Part shown: positions 38,851 through 49,435 of the stretch, piece by piece | Layout of the letters: the number at the start of each line of letters is the position of its first letter | Numbering within the stretch: the stretch's first letter is position 1 | Virus record (IMG/VR): IMGVR_UViG_3300017917_001910 | Location: 51,253-115,252 of that record | Strand: one strand, 5' to 3' | Source of the DNA: a virus | Taxonomy: Duplodnaviria; Caudoviricetes | DNA length: 64,000 bases | Made by a program: the position numbers and the translations under genes | The notes under the pieces: model-generated | What the model saw: only the letters and a program-made list of their open reading frames with translations | The model's database searches: none | What the model was told of the DNA's origin: nothing

Positions 38851-39794
38851 ATATTTAATTTATACTTTATCAAATCTGCAAATGATAAAGGTTTTGTTTC
38901 TTTAATAATTTTAATCATTCGTTCAAATCCAATTTCATTCGGATCTTTTTCTTGAAGGTCTACAAAATAAACTATAATACCTTCATCCATAAATTCATTT
39001 GCTACATTTAATGCTTGTTTTTGAGCATCTTTATCTAAACAAATATAAATTTCTTTTACTTTCTTTTCCACTAACCTTTTTCTAAGTTCATCTGGAATGG
39101 TCTTTCCAAATAATGGAATAGCATTTCTTTTAATTGTCATTGCATCAATCGCGCCTTCGACTAATACTACGGGCAAATTCCAGTTGATATATAATTCAAA
39201 CCCAACTATATCTTTACTTACATTTGGATTTTTATGTTTAAAGTTAGACCCGTAAAAATCTCGACCAACAAAGAAATTTAAACTTCCGGATAAATTATAA
39301 CTAGGAATAATAATTTTATGTCTGTATTGTCCTGTTTCGCAAAATCCTAGATGATATTTTATAATATCAAAATTTGTAAATCCGCGATCTTCTCTTAAAT
39401 ATTTTAAAGCATTTCTATAATCTGGAGTATTATCTGCTTCTAAAAAAGACTTATATTCAGTTGGTAATGATAAATGGGTTGATGTATAGTTTGAATATTC
39501 CGTAAATAAACTATTAATATCTTTAGTAACAACTCCTAATGCCTTATTTAGTTCTACAATTTTATCATAACCAGCATTTAATTGTTTATAAAGATTAACT
39601 AATTTTTTTCCCTTTTTTTGACATACCCAACAATTCCAAGGATTTTCTCCTTTAGTATTTGTAATCATTTGTATTTCTAATTTACGTTTATGATGATTAC
39701 AAAATGGACAGTGATATGCTACGTTACCATTAGAGGTTTTTCTGCCTTTACCTAATATTGACTCTACAGAAGAAACTAATTTAGTATTATCCAT
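38847..39794 (-). CDS. DNA primase (Zn finger plus TOPRIM)
   Basis: CPFC...WNCWVC, VEGAIDA, CLDKDA and KDPNE motifs. Confidence 0.9.
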   Translation of the reverse strand: MDNTKLVSSVESILGKGRKTSNGNVAYHCPFCNHHKRKLEIQMITNTKGENPWNCWVCQKKGKKLVNLYKQLNAGYDKIVELNKALGVVTKDINSLFTEYSNYTSTHLSLPTEYKSFLEADNTPDYRNALKYLREDRGFTNFDIIKYHLGFCETGQYRHKIIIPSYNLSGSLNFFVGRDFYGSNFKHKNPNVSKDIVGFELYINWNLPVVLVEGAIDAMTIKRNAIPLFGKTIPDELRKRLVEKKVKEIYICLDKDAQKQALNVANEFMDEGIIVYFVDLQEKDPNEIGFERMIKIIKETKPLSFADLIKYKLNI

Positions 39795-39818
39795 CTAAGA
39801 TAATATAATAAAAATTTT

Positions 39819-40235
39819 CTATTCTTCTAGCCATTTGATAGGAATTTCTTTAGCTGCCCAAAGATATCCATGTTTATCTGCCCAATCTGCATAGGTAGTT
39901 TTAGATGTTTTAATGATTTTGTTGTTTGGAGTTTGAAATAAAAGACGTATATCTAATTCTGGATTAGCTTCTTTTACTAACTTCATCTTTTTTCTATCTG
40001 CCGTGGTAAATCTACCTTTTGTTTCAATATACATTTTACTTCCATCTTTTTTTATTAAAATAAAATCAGGAGTATATGTTGCTATTCTTTCTGGTACAGT
40101 ATATTTTAATTTTTCGGATTCATAACTCCAAGTTTTTCCTGTGAACTTAAGTTGCTCTGATATTTGATCTTCTAATCCAGAACGATATCCATGTTTACGA
40201 GCTAATGCTCTTATTGAAAATTTCTTTTTTGCCAT
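39819..40235 (-). CDS. T7 endonuclease I-like Holliday junction resolvase
   Basis: YRSGLE, YTPDF, IETKGRF, LDIRLLFQ and TYADWA motifs. Confidence 0.9.
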   Translation of the reverse strand: MAKKKFSIRALARKHGYRSGLEDQISEQLKFTGKTWSYESEKLKYTVPERIATYTPDFILIKKDGSKMYIETKGRFTTADRKKMKLVKEANPELDIRLLFQTPNNKIIKTSKTTYADWADKHGYLWAAKEIPIKWLEE

Positions 40236-40251
40236 AACTTATATTTTATTT

Positions 40252-41748
40252 TTATGATCTATCAAATCTTACTTCAAAATTTAGATCAATGTCGTTTCTT
40301 TTTGGTATTGGTGATCCTAATTTTGCAACTGCTACTAAATTATAATTTATATCATATAATCCAATTGTTGTTATATATGGATTAAAATCAGACCCAGTTG
40401 CGAATGAAAGAAGTGACCCTGTAGAATCATATAATGAAGGATTGGTACTTGTATTAAAATCATTCATAGGAACATTGATATAGTATTTTGATTGTTCTAT
40501 ATCTAAACTACTTTTATATGATAAAGTAAAGTCTCTTGTGAATGATGATGAAATTAATTCGTTTTGATAAGGAGAATAAACTGTCATTCCTTGATCATAA
40601 AATATATTTCCAACTTTATTAGTTTGAAGCGCTGAATAATTTGTATCAGTTATTGTAGATAATGATGTTATTTCACTTTGAGTCAATGCTTTACTATAAA
40701 ATCTCACTTCATCTAAACTTCCACTAAATGGTGTTATACCTGCTGTATTTGCTGCTCCTAAATATATACTACTTTTGTTTGATACTTTACCAGTTGTAGT
40801 AGTTATCTCACTAGTGAATAGTACACCATCAGCATAACATTCAATTGAATTACCATTCTTTTGAAAGATAATATGACCCGTGGTTATTCCCGGTATATTA
40901 ACTATATCTGTTTTTACCCCGTCTGTTCTTGTAAATACAAGTTCACTCGATAATCCATCAAATCTTATATCAAATGGATATGCTTGTAATAATGTACCAT
41001 TAAGCCATTTTTTAGATATTACTGATTGGTTATTTATACTATAATTTTGTGCATTTATCCAAAATGATATTGCAAAGTCATTATCAAAAGTATTAAACCA
41101 ATTATCTAAATTATCTTTAACTTGTATATATGATGAAGACCCATTAAAATTAGCTTGATATCCATGAGTGTAATTACTACTACTAATACCCGTAGTATAA
41201 TTTATATCTTTAGAGTAATAGTTATCTGGAATATAACTAGAATCAAATCCATTATTAAATCCTAGATAAATAATGCTATTTGATGCAAAGCTAGATGTAT
41301 TAATTCTAGTATCTATTAATTCGTAATTACCATTATCTTGTAAAGTAATTGTTTCATTAGCTTTTCCAGTTACTGTTAAAGATAAACTACCAGGTTTTAT
41401 TTCATCACCCGTTTTAATTCTCGGAACAGAATATGTTACTAATTCTTTATTTAAATTTCTAGTAAAGCTGCTAACAGGATAACTAATATATCCAAAGTTT
41501 GGATAATAAGAATAGTATAAATGATTAATACCTATATATGTATTTTTCATATAACTTCCGTCAGAATTTTGAAGTTCTCCGATTGCAGATGATGCACTTA
41601 TAGTTACGTAGTTATTTGAATAAATGCCACGCAAATATTTAAATCTTGAGTCAGTAAAAGATTGAGATGTAAAATTCCAGTTCTTATGAGCAGTATATGT
41701 AGTTACATTTGAATCTTGTATTGAACTTATTATTTTATATTCTGCCAT
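40252..41748 (-). CDS. Baseplate/tail protein with a LamG (concanavalin-like) domain
   Basis: FNGSSSY, FAISFWI and FSGSLDEVRFY motifs; C-terminal YITTIGLYD..LVAVAKL. Confidence 0.7.
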   Translation of the reverse strand: MAEYKIISSIQDSNVTTYTAHKNWNFTSQSFTDSRFKYLRGIYSNNYVTISASSAIGELQNSDGSYMKNTYIGINHLYYSYYPNFGYISYPVSSFTRNLNKELVTYSVPRIKTGDEIKPGSLSLTVTGKANETITLQDNGNYELIDTRINTSSFASNSIIYLGFNNGFDSSYIPDNYYSKDINYTTGISSSNYTHGYQANFNGSSSYIQVKDNLDNWFNTFDNDFAISFWINAQNYSINNQSVISKKWLNGTLLQAYPFDIRFDGLSSELVFTRTDGVKTDIVNIPGITTGHIIFQKNGNSIECYADGVLFTSEITTTTGKVSNKSSIYLGAANTAGITPFSGSLDEVRFYSKALTQSEITSLSTITDTNYSALQTNKVGNIFYDQGMTVYSPYQNELISSSFTRDFTLSYKSSLDIEQSKYYINVPMNDFNTSTNPSLYDSTGSLLSFATGSDFNPYITTIGLYDINYNLVAVAKLGSPIPKRNDIDLNFEVRFDRS

Positions 41749-41794
41749 TAATTCTTACCTTTATTATAAATATCGATAAGATAATATATTCAGT

Positions 41795-41819
41795 AAAAAA
41801 GCTCCAATAAAGGAGCTTT
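41795..41819 (-). terminator. Terminator
   Basis: AAAGCTCC/GGAGCTTT stem plus T-run. Confidence 0.8.
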
Positions 41820-41830
41820 CTTCGTATTTC

Positions 41831-42931
41831 TTAGAAATCTAATTTAACTTTAATTAATAATTCTTTATCAAAAGATTTTTGTAAAGGCCTACTCAATTTT
41901 GCTACAGCAACTAAATTATAATTTGAATCATACAATCCAACTGAGGTAATATAAACTTTAGGATCTAGATACATTGTAGGTTGAGCTAATGTATTATTTG
42001 ATCCAGTTACAAATGTCGGATTATTTGAAAAATTATATTCATTATTAAATGCTCTTACAAATACTATTTGTGATTTAATAGATTCTTGGTTTCTAGCAGT
42101 AAATCCGTTCGCTGCACTAATTGCAGCTGCGCCTGAAATAGATGTATATAATTTCCAAGCATTATCTCCGCCCGGTACTGCAGATGAACCAGTTACTGTA
42201 TAAGAAGCCGTTACTGTATTAAATGAAAGTTGAGAATTTAACATATCTCCATTTAATACTAATAATCCTAAATCTGGGTAAACTAAACCATATGCTGATG
42301 CTGAATTTATACTTCCACCAAATATACCATTATTTACTGAACCAGATACTATATTGTATACTTTACCACCATTTCCTGAAGTTAATGTAGATGATGTATT
42401 ACTGTCATCAATTAAATTAATTACTTTATTTGAACTAGATACTTGAACATTACTTCCGGTATATGCTGCATTAGCAAAGCTTCTTCCATTTAATTCTGCT
42501 AAATTTAGTTGCCATGTACCTGCATTTAATCTTTCTTTTAATCTTGCTCTGTTAACGGCAATTACATAAATGTTATTAGAATTAACTCCTCCATAAAATG
42601 TAAATTGTGTATCTGTAGGAGATAATAAAATATTTTTATATTGTGAATAAATAGCTCTTGTAGGAGAATCATTTAATGAACCGCCTCCAGAATAACTTCC
42701 ACTTCCTAATCTATTTCCGTATGTAACTGCAAATTGCCCACTTGCACTAGTACTAGTATCACTAACAACATCATAATAATATTGTTTTTGTGTAGAAGTC
42801 ATTAATGAGCTAGTATAATATGTAGTTAATGTAGCTACATTGTTTGCCCATAATGGTGATGTAACTACTTGATTATTATTAGTTACTATATCATCTGGTG
42901 TATTTAATGGTTTAAATGTTTGATTTATCAT
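41831..42931 (-). CDS. Baseplate/tail structural protein
   Basis: C-terminal YITSVGLYD...VAVAKLSRP, paralogous to the downstream gene. Confidence 0.65.
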   Translation of the reverse strand: MINQTFKPLNTPDDIVTNNNQVVTSPLWANNVATLTTYYTSSLMTSTQKQYYYDVVSDTSTSASGQFAVTYGNRLGSGSYSGGGSLNDSPTRAIYSQYKNILLSPTDTQFTFYGGVNSNNIYVIAVNRARLKERLNAGTWQLNLAELNGRSFANAAYTGSNVQVSSSNKVINLIDDSNTSSTLTSGNGGKVYNIVSGSVNNGIFGGSINSASAYGLVYPDLGLLVLNGDMLNSQLSFNTVTASYTVTGSSAVPGGDNAWKLYTSISGAAAISAANGFTARNQESIKSQIVFVRAFNNEYNFSNNPTFVTGSNNTLAQPTMYLDPKVYITSVGLYDSNYNLVAVAKLSRPLQKSFDKELLIKVKLDF

Positions 42932-42943
42932 TTATATTTTTAA

Positions 42944-43615
42944 TTATGCCCCTTGAGTTGCTACTGTATAAGTTATATTTACTGGTACTGATGATCTTCC
43001 ACCTAATTCATTACCCTCAACAATTATTTGGGTATTAACTGTTGTAGTACTTGTATATGCTACGTCCTTTACTGAAAAAACAAAACTTATTCCTGTTACT
43101 GTTGTAATATTTGGGTTAGAAGTAGATACTTGTGAGTCTCCAATTGCTGACCCTACAATGGTTTGTTTCGATGATGCCGGAGTAGTTGTAACTAGTATAA
43201 GATATCTGTTATCGTATGAAACATTATAACCTAATGTATTATTATTAGCACCATTAGACACACCTGGTGTAAGAGTAAATTGTTTATTTCCTGAATTATT
43301 TAAAATTGCAGGTGGTATATTAGTAATAGATGCTAAAGTTTTAGTATCTTTCGCTAACGTTAATAATTTACTTTTTAAATTTTGCTCCGGAATTGGAGAA
43401 GCTTCTAATATTGGCATATTCTCTATAATAATACCATAGTAATCACTTCCTAATGGATTAGCCGGATTCCATAAATCATAATTTACTTCATCATCTCCTA
43501 ATGCAAAGTATTTAATATCTAAACCGTTAGTATTACCGCCCTGTGATAATAATTCACGGCCTTTTGTAGTTAATATTGCGTCTACAGTTACGCTAGCATT
43601 ATTTAAATATCCCAT
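42944..43615 (-). CDS. Baseplate/tail structural protein
   Basis: VDAILTTKGRELL...FALGDDEVNY motif. Confidence 0.65.
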   Translation of the reverse strand: MGYLNNASVTVDAILTTKGRELLSQGGNTNGLDIKYFALGDDEVNYDLWNPANPLGSDYYGIIIENMPILEASPIPEQNLKSKLLTLAKDTKTLASITNIPPAILNNSGNKQFTLTPGVSNGANNNTLGYNVSYDNRYLILVTTTPASSKQTIVGSAIGDSQVSTSNPNITTVTGISFVFSVKDVAYTSTTTVNTQIIVEGNELGGRSSVPVNITYTVATQGA

Positions 43616-43663
43616 AATGTGTTATCTTCTTATTTTAAATAATTATATGTTAAGACTAATTTT

Positions 43664-46600
43664 TTATCCAATATTAAATCCTTGTGATGAATATCCAACA
43701 CTATTTCTATTATTTGAATTTGGATTTGTTACTGAAATATTACCAGTTTGTCTTGGTATTGGTGATGTTACTACTGATGGATTATTTCTTATCGTGCCTG
43801 GATTAACTATTTTTATAGAAATTACTGGAGAATTATCAGGTAAGTCCGCACTACTAACACCATACCCTGCAGCAGATATTTTTGTTCCTTCAAATGAACT
43901 TCTTCTAAATGCAGTTAATGCATAATTATAATCTTGAACCTCCGCAGCTCTATAATAACTACTTGAATTATATCTTCCGATACTTGCACTTTCCGCAGTT
44001 GAATATATAGGATAAAATGTTTGTCTTGTTAATGATAATGTATTTTGTAATACAATTGTACCTGTAGGTTCAAATCTTACCATCATATCAACAACTCCAG
44101 AACCTGTAAGATATTTACTAGAACTATAGTTATATAATCCTGCTTTTTCTAATTGCTCTGTATAGTCAATGCTTGCGCTATATACTGGATATTCTCCTGT
44201 AAGAATTACATAATCATTAATATTAATTGTCTTATCATACATTGGAGTTGTAGCAACAACATCATCTAAAATAGTAAATTTACTACGCTCCAATACATTT
44301 GGTCTAATCTTAATACTATTATCTAAAGATACACGAGCTGGTAATAATTGCTTTAATTGATCAAAGAAAGAATAATCATATACCGATAAAAGTCTTAATA
44401 GTTCCGGCATATTATTTTTATCTTTATACTTTTTCCAATACTGATATTGTACTGTTCTTAAATCAGTATAATAAGATAAGTTTTGATCTGCTGGGTCTCC
44501 AATATAATCGTCAATATCAAAATATCCTAACTGATTGTAAATATCAGAATCTATCATGTCTTGTGGAGATAAATAAATACCTACTACATTAGTATCTTTT
44601 GGTGTTTGGTCTGATGTAGGAATTTCCGCAGTATATTCTGGATTTAATGAACTAGTTAAAGAATTTGATACTACTCTTATTTTTGTAGAATATAAATTAT
44701 CGCTCCCTAAACTAGGAGTAACTACATATGTTGTATAATCTTCTCCTCCTAAATCTCCATCTTGAAATCCGTTAAATGTTGCTGCTGAAGCTGCACTTGT
44801 AAAACTTGAAATACTTTGATTAGGATGAACTGATGGATAACTTCCTGTTGTAGTTATTAAATACGATAATGGTAATCTAAAACTTAAATAATCATAAGCA
44901 TCTTGATCTGCATTACCTCCGTAAAATAATGGATTCTTAGAATATTGAACCATCGAATCATTATTTAATAAATACGACCAATACCTAAACTCATTTAAAT
45001 TACCATCAAATGCTTTATTAGACGTGCCAAAACTAGCAGACCCTATTATGATATTCGAGGTTAGATTATAGTACAAATTAGACCCGGTTACGGAGCTATA
45101 AGAATTATAAATTATGTTATCATAATTCTTAACAACAGCACCAATTGTAAATGATGATGTAGAATCTAAAGTTATTAAACTACTTATTGTAGATGTTAAA
45201 CAACTTTCTGCTTCTAATGTCCCACCACTACTTGCAACACTTGTTTTAAATGCAGACACATATGATGTTGATGATGTCGGTAAATAAGTTCGTTGAATAC
45301 TAACCGACGTCCAATCTCCATTAAACATTGGTATGTTATTAAGAGATGCACTTACATATGTAGAATCTGGTTGAAGTATATAATATGTTAATTGTCCTTC
45401 TTTAGAATTATAACTACTTGGCTGATCATATGTTATATAAAAATATGGATTACCAGAGTTATTTGTTCTTAATAATGTACGAGGATATAATGCAACGCTA
45501 GTGTCTGGTTTAAATCTAAACTGAACTGTATCTGGTGTTCTATTTGTCGTTGTTAATGTATCCCAAGGAATTGTTATAGACCCTGTATTATTTCCAAATT
45601 CTAAAGAATAAATAAACTTATCTATTTGCCAATCTGGTTGTATATTATTTTTTGTAGGGCCCCCAAATTCTTTAATATTAATAACAGTAGAAGGAATTCC
45701 ATAACAAGACATTAAGGCTTGAATAGAGCGTTTTGTTCCTTTTGTTTTTAATAAGTAAGGTAAGTTATTTACAATACGATTCCAAATTTCTAAGGTATAT
45801 TGTTCCGTAGAAATCGTCGGAGTTAAACTTCCTGTTTGAAGATAATTCCCATCAGAATTTAATCCGGTTACATATCTCCAAAGACTATCTTTCTTTTTAG
45901 AATTAACTAATTTCCATCCAAAAGAGTCTGCAACATCAGTTAATAAACTTTTACTAATACCATCTAAGGGATGTTCTTCTCTAGAATGTATTGAACTTAA
46001 ATGATTAATATATGTATAGATAATATCAAAATGATGACCTATCATATTTACAAATACAAAATATTCTGAGTTACTTTCGTCTAACGTAAGACTCGCCGGT
46101 ATTGTTTTTAATAAAGAACTGATATTATTTTTATCATATTCTCGTAATATTGCTATTGTATCTTCTGCGTATGTTTTTACAATTGTAGATGTAGTACTTT
46201 GTAAGTTATATCCAATATTGGTATTTAATGAACCAGTAGAATAAGTATCGACCCAATAGTTATATGCTTCTAACCAATTTAAACTACCCGTAGTTGTTTT
46301 AGGCCAAGTAGCTATACTTCCGGTATAAAATGTATATAAACTTCCAGATTCAGTACCAAAATATAAATACTTTTCAAAATCATCAAAACCTGTAATTATT
46401 TTATTACGCTTTTTAGTAACGTCAATAATATTTGAAGATTTTATAGATTGATTAATATTGTTAAGAGCAATTAATTGCTTATTATAATCTTCTATTAACT
46501 GTATCTTATAATAAAAGTTATTAAATCTTTCTTCTGCAGAACTATAAAATACAAATTGCTCTGGTTTACTATAATCAATATTTAACTTAATACCTTGTAA

Positions 46601-47506
46601 TGACTCTCCAAAATATGAATCAATAATTTGTTGTGATGTAGATAAATTTACATCTAATAAATCATTCCATGTTTGAAAGCCCGTAGTTGAATTTTTATAA
46701 AAATCTACATCAATATTAAAATTAGGACCTTTAATTTGTATTGTAGGGTCTACAATTTCTACATTTTGAATATATTCTGCTACATCTCCATAACTAAAAT
46801 AAACCTCATCTATTTCACATATTTGTCGAACATCAATATCAATTGGTAGTGGTTCATATAGTTTTACTAATATTTCAAAAGATGGAGATTTACCATATTC
46901 AATATTAATAATTCTAAATAATCTGTTTTGTCCAAAATTAAGAAAGAAATTTCTAAATTGTGATAATCGTGAATCTTTATAATTATAAAGTAAATATTTA
47001 TCAAAATCAGTACGTATTGTATTTGTTTCTTCAACATCTTGCGTCGAACTAGTAACAGCAAAAAGAGCAGCAGTTGGTATTTCTTGTTTACTGTCTAGGG
47101 CTACTGAGGGTTTAGAATTTAAAGATTTTTCCTTATCTCTTATTCTTAATAATCTAATCTCTGTTCTTGTAGACGAAATTTCTTCGACCGCTAAATCAAT
47201 TTCAAATTGATTGTAAGAATTAACTATATAATAATACTTACCAGAATTTAAATTGCTTTGATCAAAATATGTAGATAAGTTAATATCTAAATATTTTCCT
47301 GTTGATGTATCTCTAAATGGATTTTTTGTTTCATTTACATAGCTATCAAGTAATATACCATTAAAAGAATATATATTTACTTCATATTTGCTACTTGAGG
47401 CAGTAGTTATTTTAGTGTTTACTTGACCTGCTATTAATAAATCAGTATTATTAAATCCAGGGTCGTAAATTGGTTTATCTGTTTGAAGTAAATTATCTAT
47501 AAGCAT
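43664..47506 (-). CDS. Large baseplate wedge protein (T4 gp7-like)
   Basis: LPYLLKTKGTKRSI.ALMSCYG motif; LamG-like segment; near the gp6-like gene. Confidence 0.65.
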   Translation of the reverse strand: MLIDNLLQTDKPIYDPGFNNTDLLIAGQVNTKITTASSSKYEVNIYSFNGILLDSYVNETKNPFRDTSTGKYLDINLSTYFDQSNLNSGKYYYIVNSYNQFEIDLAVEEISSTRTEIRLLRIRDKEKSLNSKPSVALDSKQEIPTAALFAVTSSTQDVEETNTIRTDFDKYLLYNYKDSRLSQFRNFFLNFGQNRLFRIINIEYGKSPSFEILVKLYEPLPIDIDVRQICEIDEVYFSYGDVAEYIQNVEIVDPTIQIKGPNFNIDVDFYKNSTTGFQTWNDLLDVNLSTSQQIIDSYFGESLQGIKLNIDYSKPEQFVFYSSAEERFNNFYYKIQLIEDYNKQLIALNNINQSIKSSNIIDVTKKRNKIITGFDDFEKYLYFGTESGSLYTFYTGSIATWPKTTTGSLNWLEAYNYWVDTYSTGSLNTNIGYNLQSTTSTIVKTYAEDTIAILREYDKNNISSLLKTIPASLTLDESNSEYFVFVNMIGHHFDIIYTYINHLSSIHSREEHPLDGISKSLLTDVADSFGWKLVNSKKKDSLWRYVTGLNSDGNYLQTGSLTPTISTEQYTLEIWNRIVNNLPYLLKTKGTKRSIQALMSCYGIPSTVINIKEFGGPTKNNIQPDWQIDKFIYSLEFGNNTGSITIPWDTLTTTNRTPDTVQFRFKPDTSVALYPRTLLRTNNSGNPYFYITYDQPSSYNSKEGQLTYYILQPDSTYVSASLNNIPMFNGDWTSVSIQRTYLPTSSTSYVSAFKTSVASSGGTLEAESCLTSTISSLITLDSTSSFTIGAVVKNYDNIIYNSYSSVTGSNLYYNLTSNIIIGSASFGTSNKAFDGNLNEFRYWSYLLNNDSMVQYSKNPLFYGGNADQDAYDYLSFRLPLSYLITTTGSYPSVHPNQSISSFTSAASAATFNGFQDGDLGGEDYTTYVVTPSLGSDNLYSTKIRVVSNSLTSSLNPEYTAEIPTSDQTPKDTNVVGIYLSPQDMIDSDIYNQLGYFDIDDYIGDPADQNLSYYTDLRTVQYQYWKKYKDKNNMPELLRLLSVYDYSFFDQLKQLLPARVSLDNSIKIRPNVLERSKFTILDDVVATTPMYDKTININDYVILTGEYPVYSASIDYTEQLEKAGLYNYSSSKYLTGSGVVDMMVRFEPTGTIVLQNTLSLTRQTFYPIYSTAESASIGRYNSSSYYRAAEVQDYNYALTAFRRSSFEGTKISAAGYGVSSADLPDNSPVISIKIVNPGTIRNNPSVVTSPIPRQTGNISVTNPNSNNRNSVGYSSQGFNIG

Positions 47507-47515
47507 TTAATATAA

Positions 47516-48343
47516 TTATTGAGATAGCATAGAGAATGTAGATCCTGGTAATATTTCCATTATAAAATTTTCAAACCTAATATTAGAAAAACTATATTCA
47601 ACTGGAAGATATATTATATCTGTAAAAATTCCTAATTCTTGATCAGACTTATTTAAATTAATTTCGTATGTGTTCGTAACATCACCTTGTGAGTATGATG
47701 TTTTAATATTACCATCTGGTCCTGTTAATCTTCGATTTAAAGTTACACCATTACCTAAAGTTATAATATTAGATTTACCATCAGTTAACTTAGTTAACTT
47801 CCAAAACTGTAACTTTGTTTGCATATCCGTTACATTAGTAATAGTATTATTTCCAATATATTTAAATCTAAACTTAATATAGGCATTTAAATTATAAAAT
47901 CCTCGAGAATTTGCATCTTGATATACTGTAGCTTCTTTATTAGGTATGCTCCAAAACTTTAATCCGTTTGATTGTACACTATTTAATGTATTATCATCAT
48001 CAAAACCTATATTTTTATATACTGTTTGATTGTTATATGTAATAGCATCAGTTTGATTAACAGGGTATGAATATTGAGGATTAGTTACAGAAACTACAAA
48101 TCCTCCGCTAGCATTTGTAGCTAGTCTATTATTAATTTGATTATTTAATGCGGTAATTTCATTTGTTAATGAATTAATTAAAGCATCTTTATCAATTGTA
48201 GGTGTTAATTCTGTAAATTCTTTATTATCTAATAAAAAAAGATCATACTGAGTTTTTGTGATATATAATTCATCACATTTAATGCTAACAACACTACTAC
48301 CACTTTCTTGAACTATAAACTGCCCTAAACTATTTCTTGCCAT
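47516..48343 (-). CDS. Hypothetical baseplate-region protein
   Basis: ORF within the baseplate operon. Confidence 0.6.
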   Translation of the reverse strand: MARNSLGQFIVQESGSSVVSIKCDELYITKTQYDLFLLDNKEFTELTPTIDKDALINSLTNEITALNNQINNRLATNASGGFVVSVTNPQYSYPVNQTDAITYNNQTVYKNIGFDDDNTLNSVQSNGLKFWSIPNKEATVYQDANSRGFYNLNAYIKFRFKYIGNNTITNVTDMQTKLQFWKLTKLTDGKSNIITLGNGVTLNRRLTGPDGNIKTSYSQGDVTNTYEINLNKSDQELGIFTDIIYLPVEYSFSNIRFENFIMEILPGSTFSMLSQ

Positions 48344-48344
48344 A

Positions 48345-49424
48345 TTATATTACACTAAAAACCTCATCGGTTTTAAAATACTTTGTTAACCCATTATTAT
48401 TTACTTTATAAACAAATCTGTAAAATCTATTTTTTTGAAGTATATTAAAATTAAATTTAAAATAATTGCCTACGCTATCACAGCTTACTTTAGTATAGTC
48501 ACTAAACGGAACTAAAGATTCTCCCGTATAAAAATCTTCTACGCCATAATATGTGGTTCTTGGAAGATATTGCACAATATTATATGCACTTCCCGTTGCA
48601 AATGTTCTAACAGGAAATAATGGTCTTGATATTAATCTTACTATATCAACTGAATTTTCATCATATTGTTTATTAAGATTTTTTGTTATGATTGTATATC
48701 TATCAGTTGATAATGCAGGCAATGAACCCGTTACAAATAAAGAATCGTCCCATGCTAATTCTAATCTAGGAGGATAAACTGTATTTGTTTCATTACTAAA
48801 AAACTGAATAGGCCCGTAAGTTTGAGTATCATATTCTAATGAACCAGATATTTTAATTATAAATCCTTGTTCTTTAATAGAACCACTTAACCAAGAATTT
48901 ACAATATTAGATACATCTAAATTTAGATCTTGTCTTAAAGGAGAATAAGTAAATGTTTGTTTAGATTCTGATACTGTGTACCAATTTCCTCCCATTTTAT
49001 TTACTAAATACGAACCCGTAACACCCGCAGCAAACGAACCAGTTACCCATGGAGTTGACTCTGTTGCATATTGCCAAGAAACTCCATCAGTTAAAAATGG
49101 TATATAACCTACTTTTCCTGTTCCTCTCGTATATGATTGAGATACTGGGTAACAAGCAACGGTATAATCTACTGGTACATCAATAGCTTCTAAACTATAT
49201 AATTTTAATGTAGAAACTAAACTTCCGGTAGAAATCAATCCTTGACTTCTTAAACTAGCAATTGATTGACTAGCATTAAAGTTTATTAAGATTCTAGATA
49301 CTTCAATAATACTAGTACTAGTAACAACTTTTTCTAACTCCAATACTTCGTCTAAACCAGCATTTAATGTTGGTTCTTTTTCGTATATCGTTGCGTCTTG
49401 ATCTGAATATAAATGATAAATCAT
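48345..49424 (-). CDS. Virion protein (DNRLRE/CBM-like)
   Basis: DATIYE..P..NAG.DE.LE, SRILI.F and FFS.ET.T.YPPRLE motifs. Confidence 0.6.
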   Translation of the reverse strand: MIYHLYSDQDATIYEKEPTLNAGLDEVLELEKVVTSTSIIEVSRILINFNASQSIASLRSQGLISTGSLVSTLKLYSLEAIDVPVDYTVACYPVSQSYTRGTGKVGYIPFLTDGVSWQYATESTPWVTGSFAAGVTGSYLVNKMGGNWYTVSESKQTFTYSPLRQDLNLDVSNIVNSWLSGSIKEQGFIIKISGSLEYDTQTYGPIQFFSNETNTVYPPRLELAWDDSLFVTGSLPALSTDRYTIITKNLNKQYDENSVDIVRLISRPLFPVRTFATGSAYNIVQYLPRTTYYGVEDFYTGESLVPFSDYTKVSCDSVGNYFKFNFNILQKNRFYRFVYKVNNNGLTKYFKTDEVFSVI

Positions 49425-49435
49425 TATTTAATTAT

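Noticed and set aside
22243-47061. Nested minus-strand ORFs 22243-22497, 28855-29094, 33232-33426 and 46867-47061
   Set aside because: They are out-of-frame ORFs inside larger genes with no independent signals.
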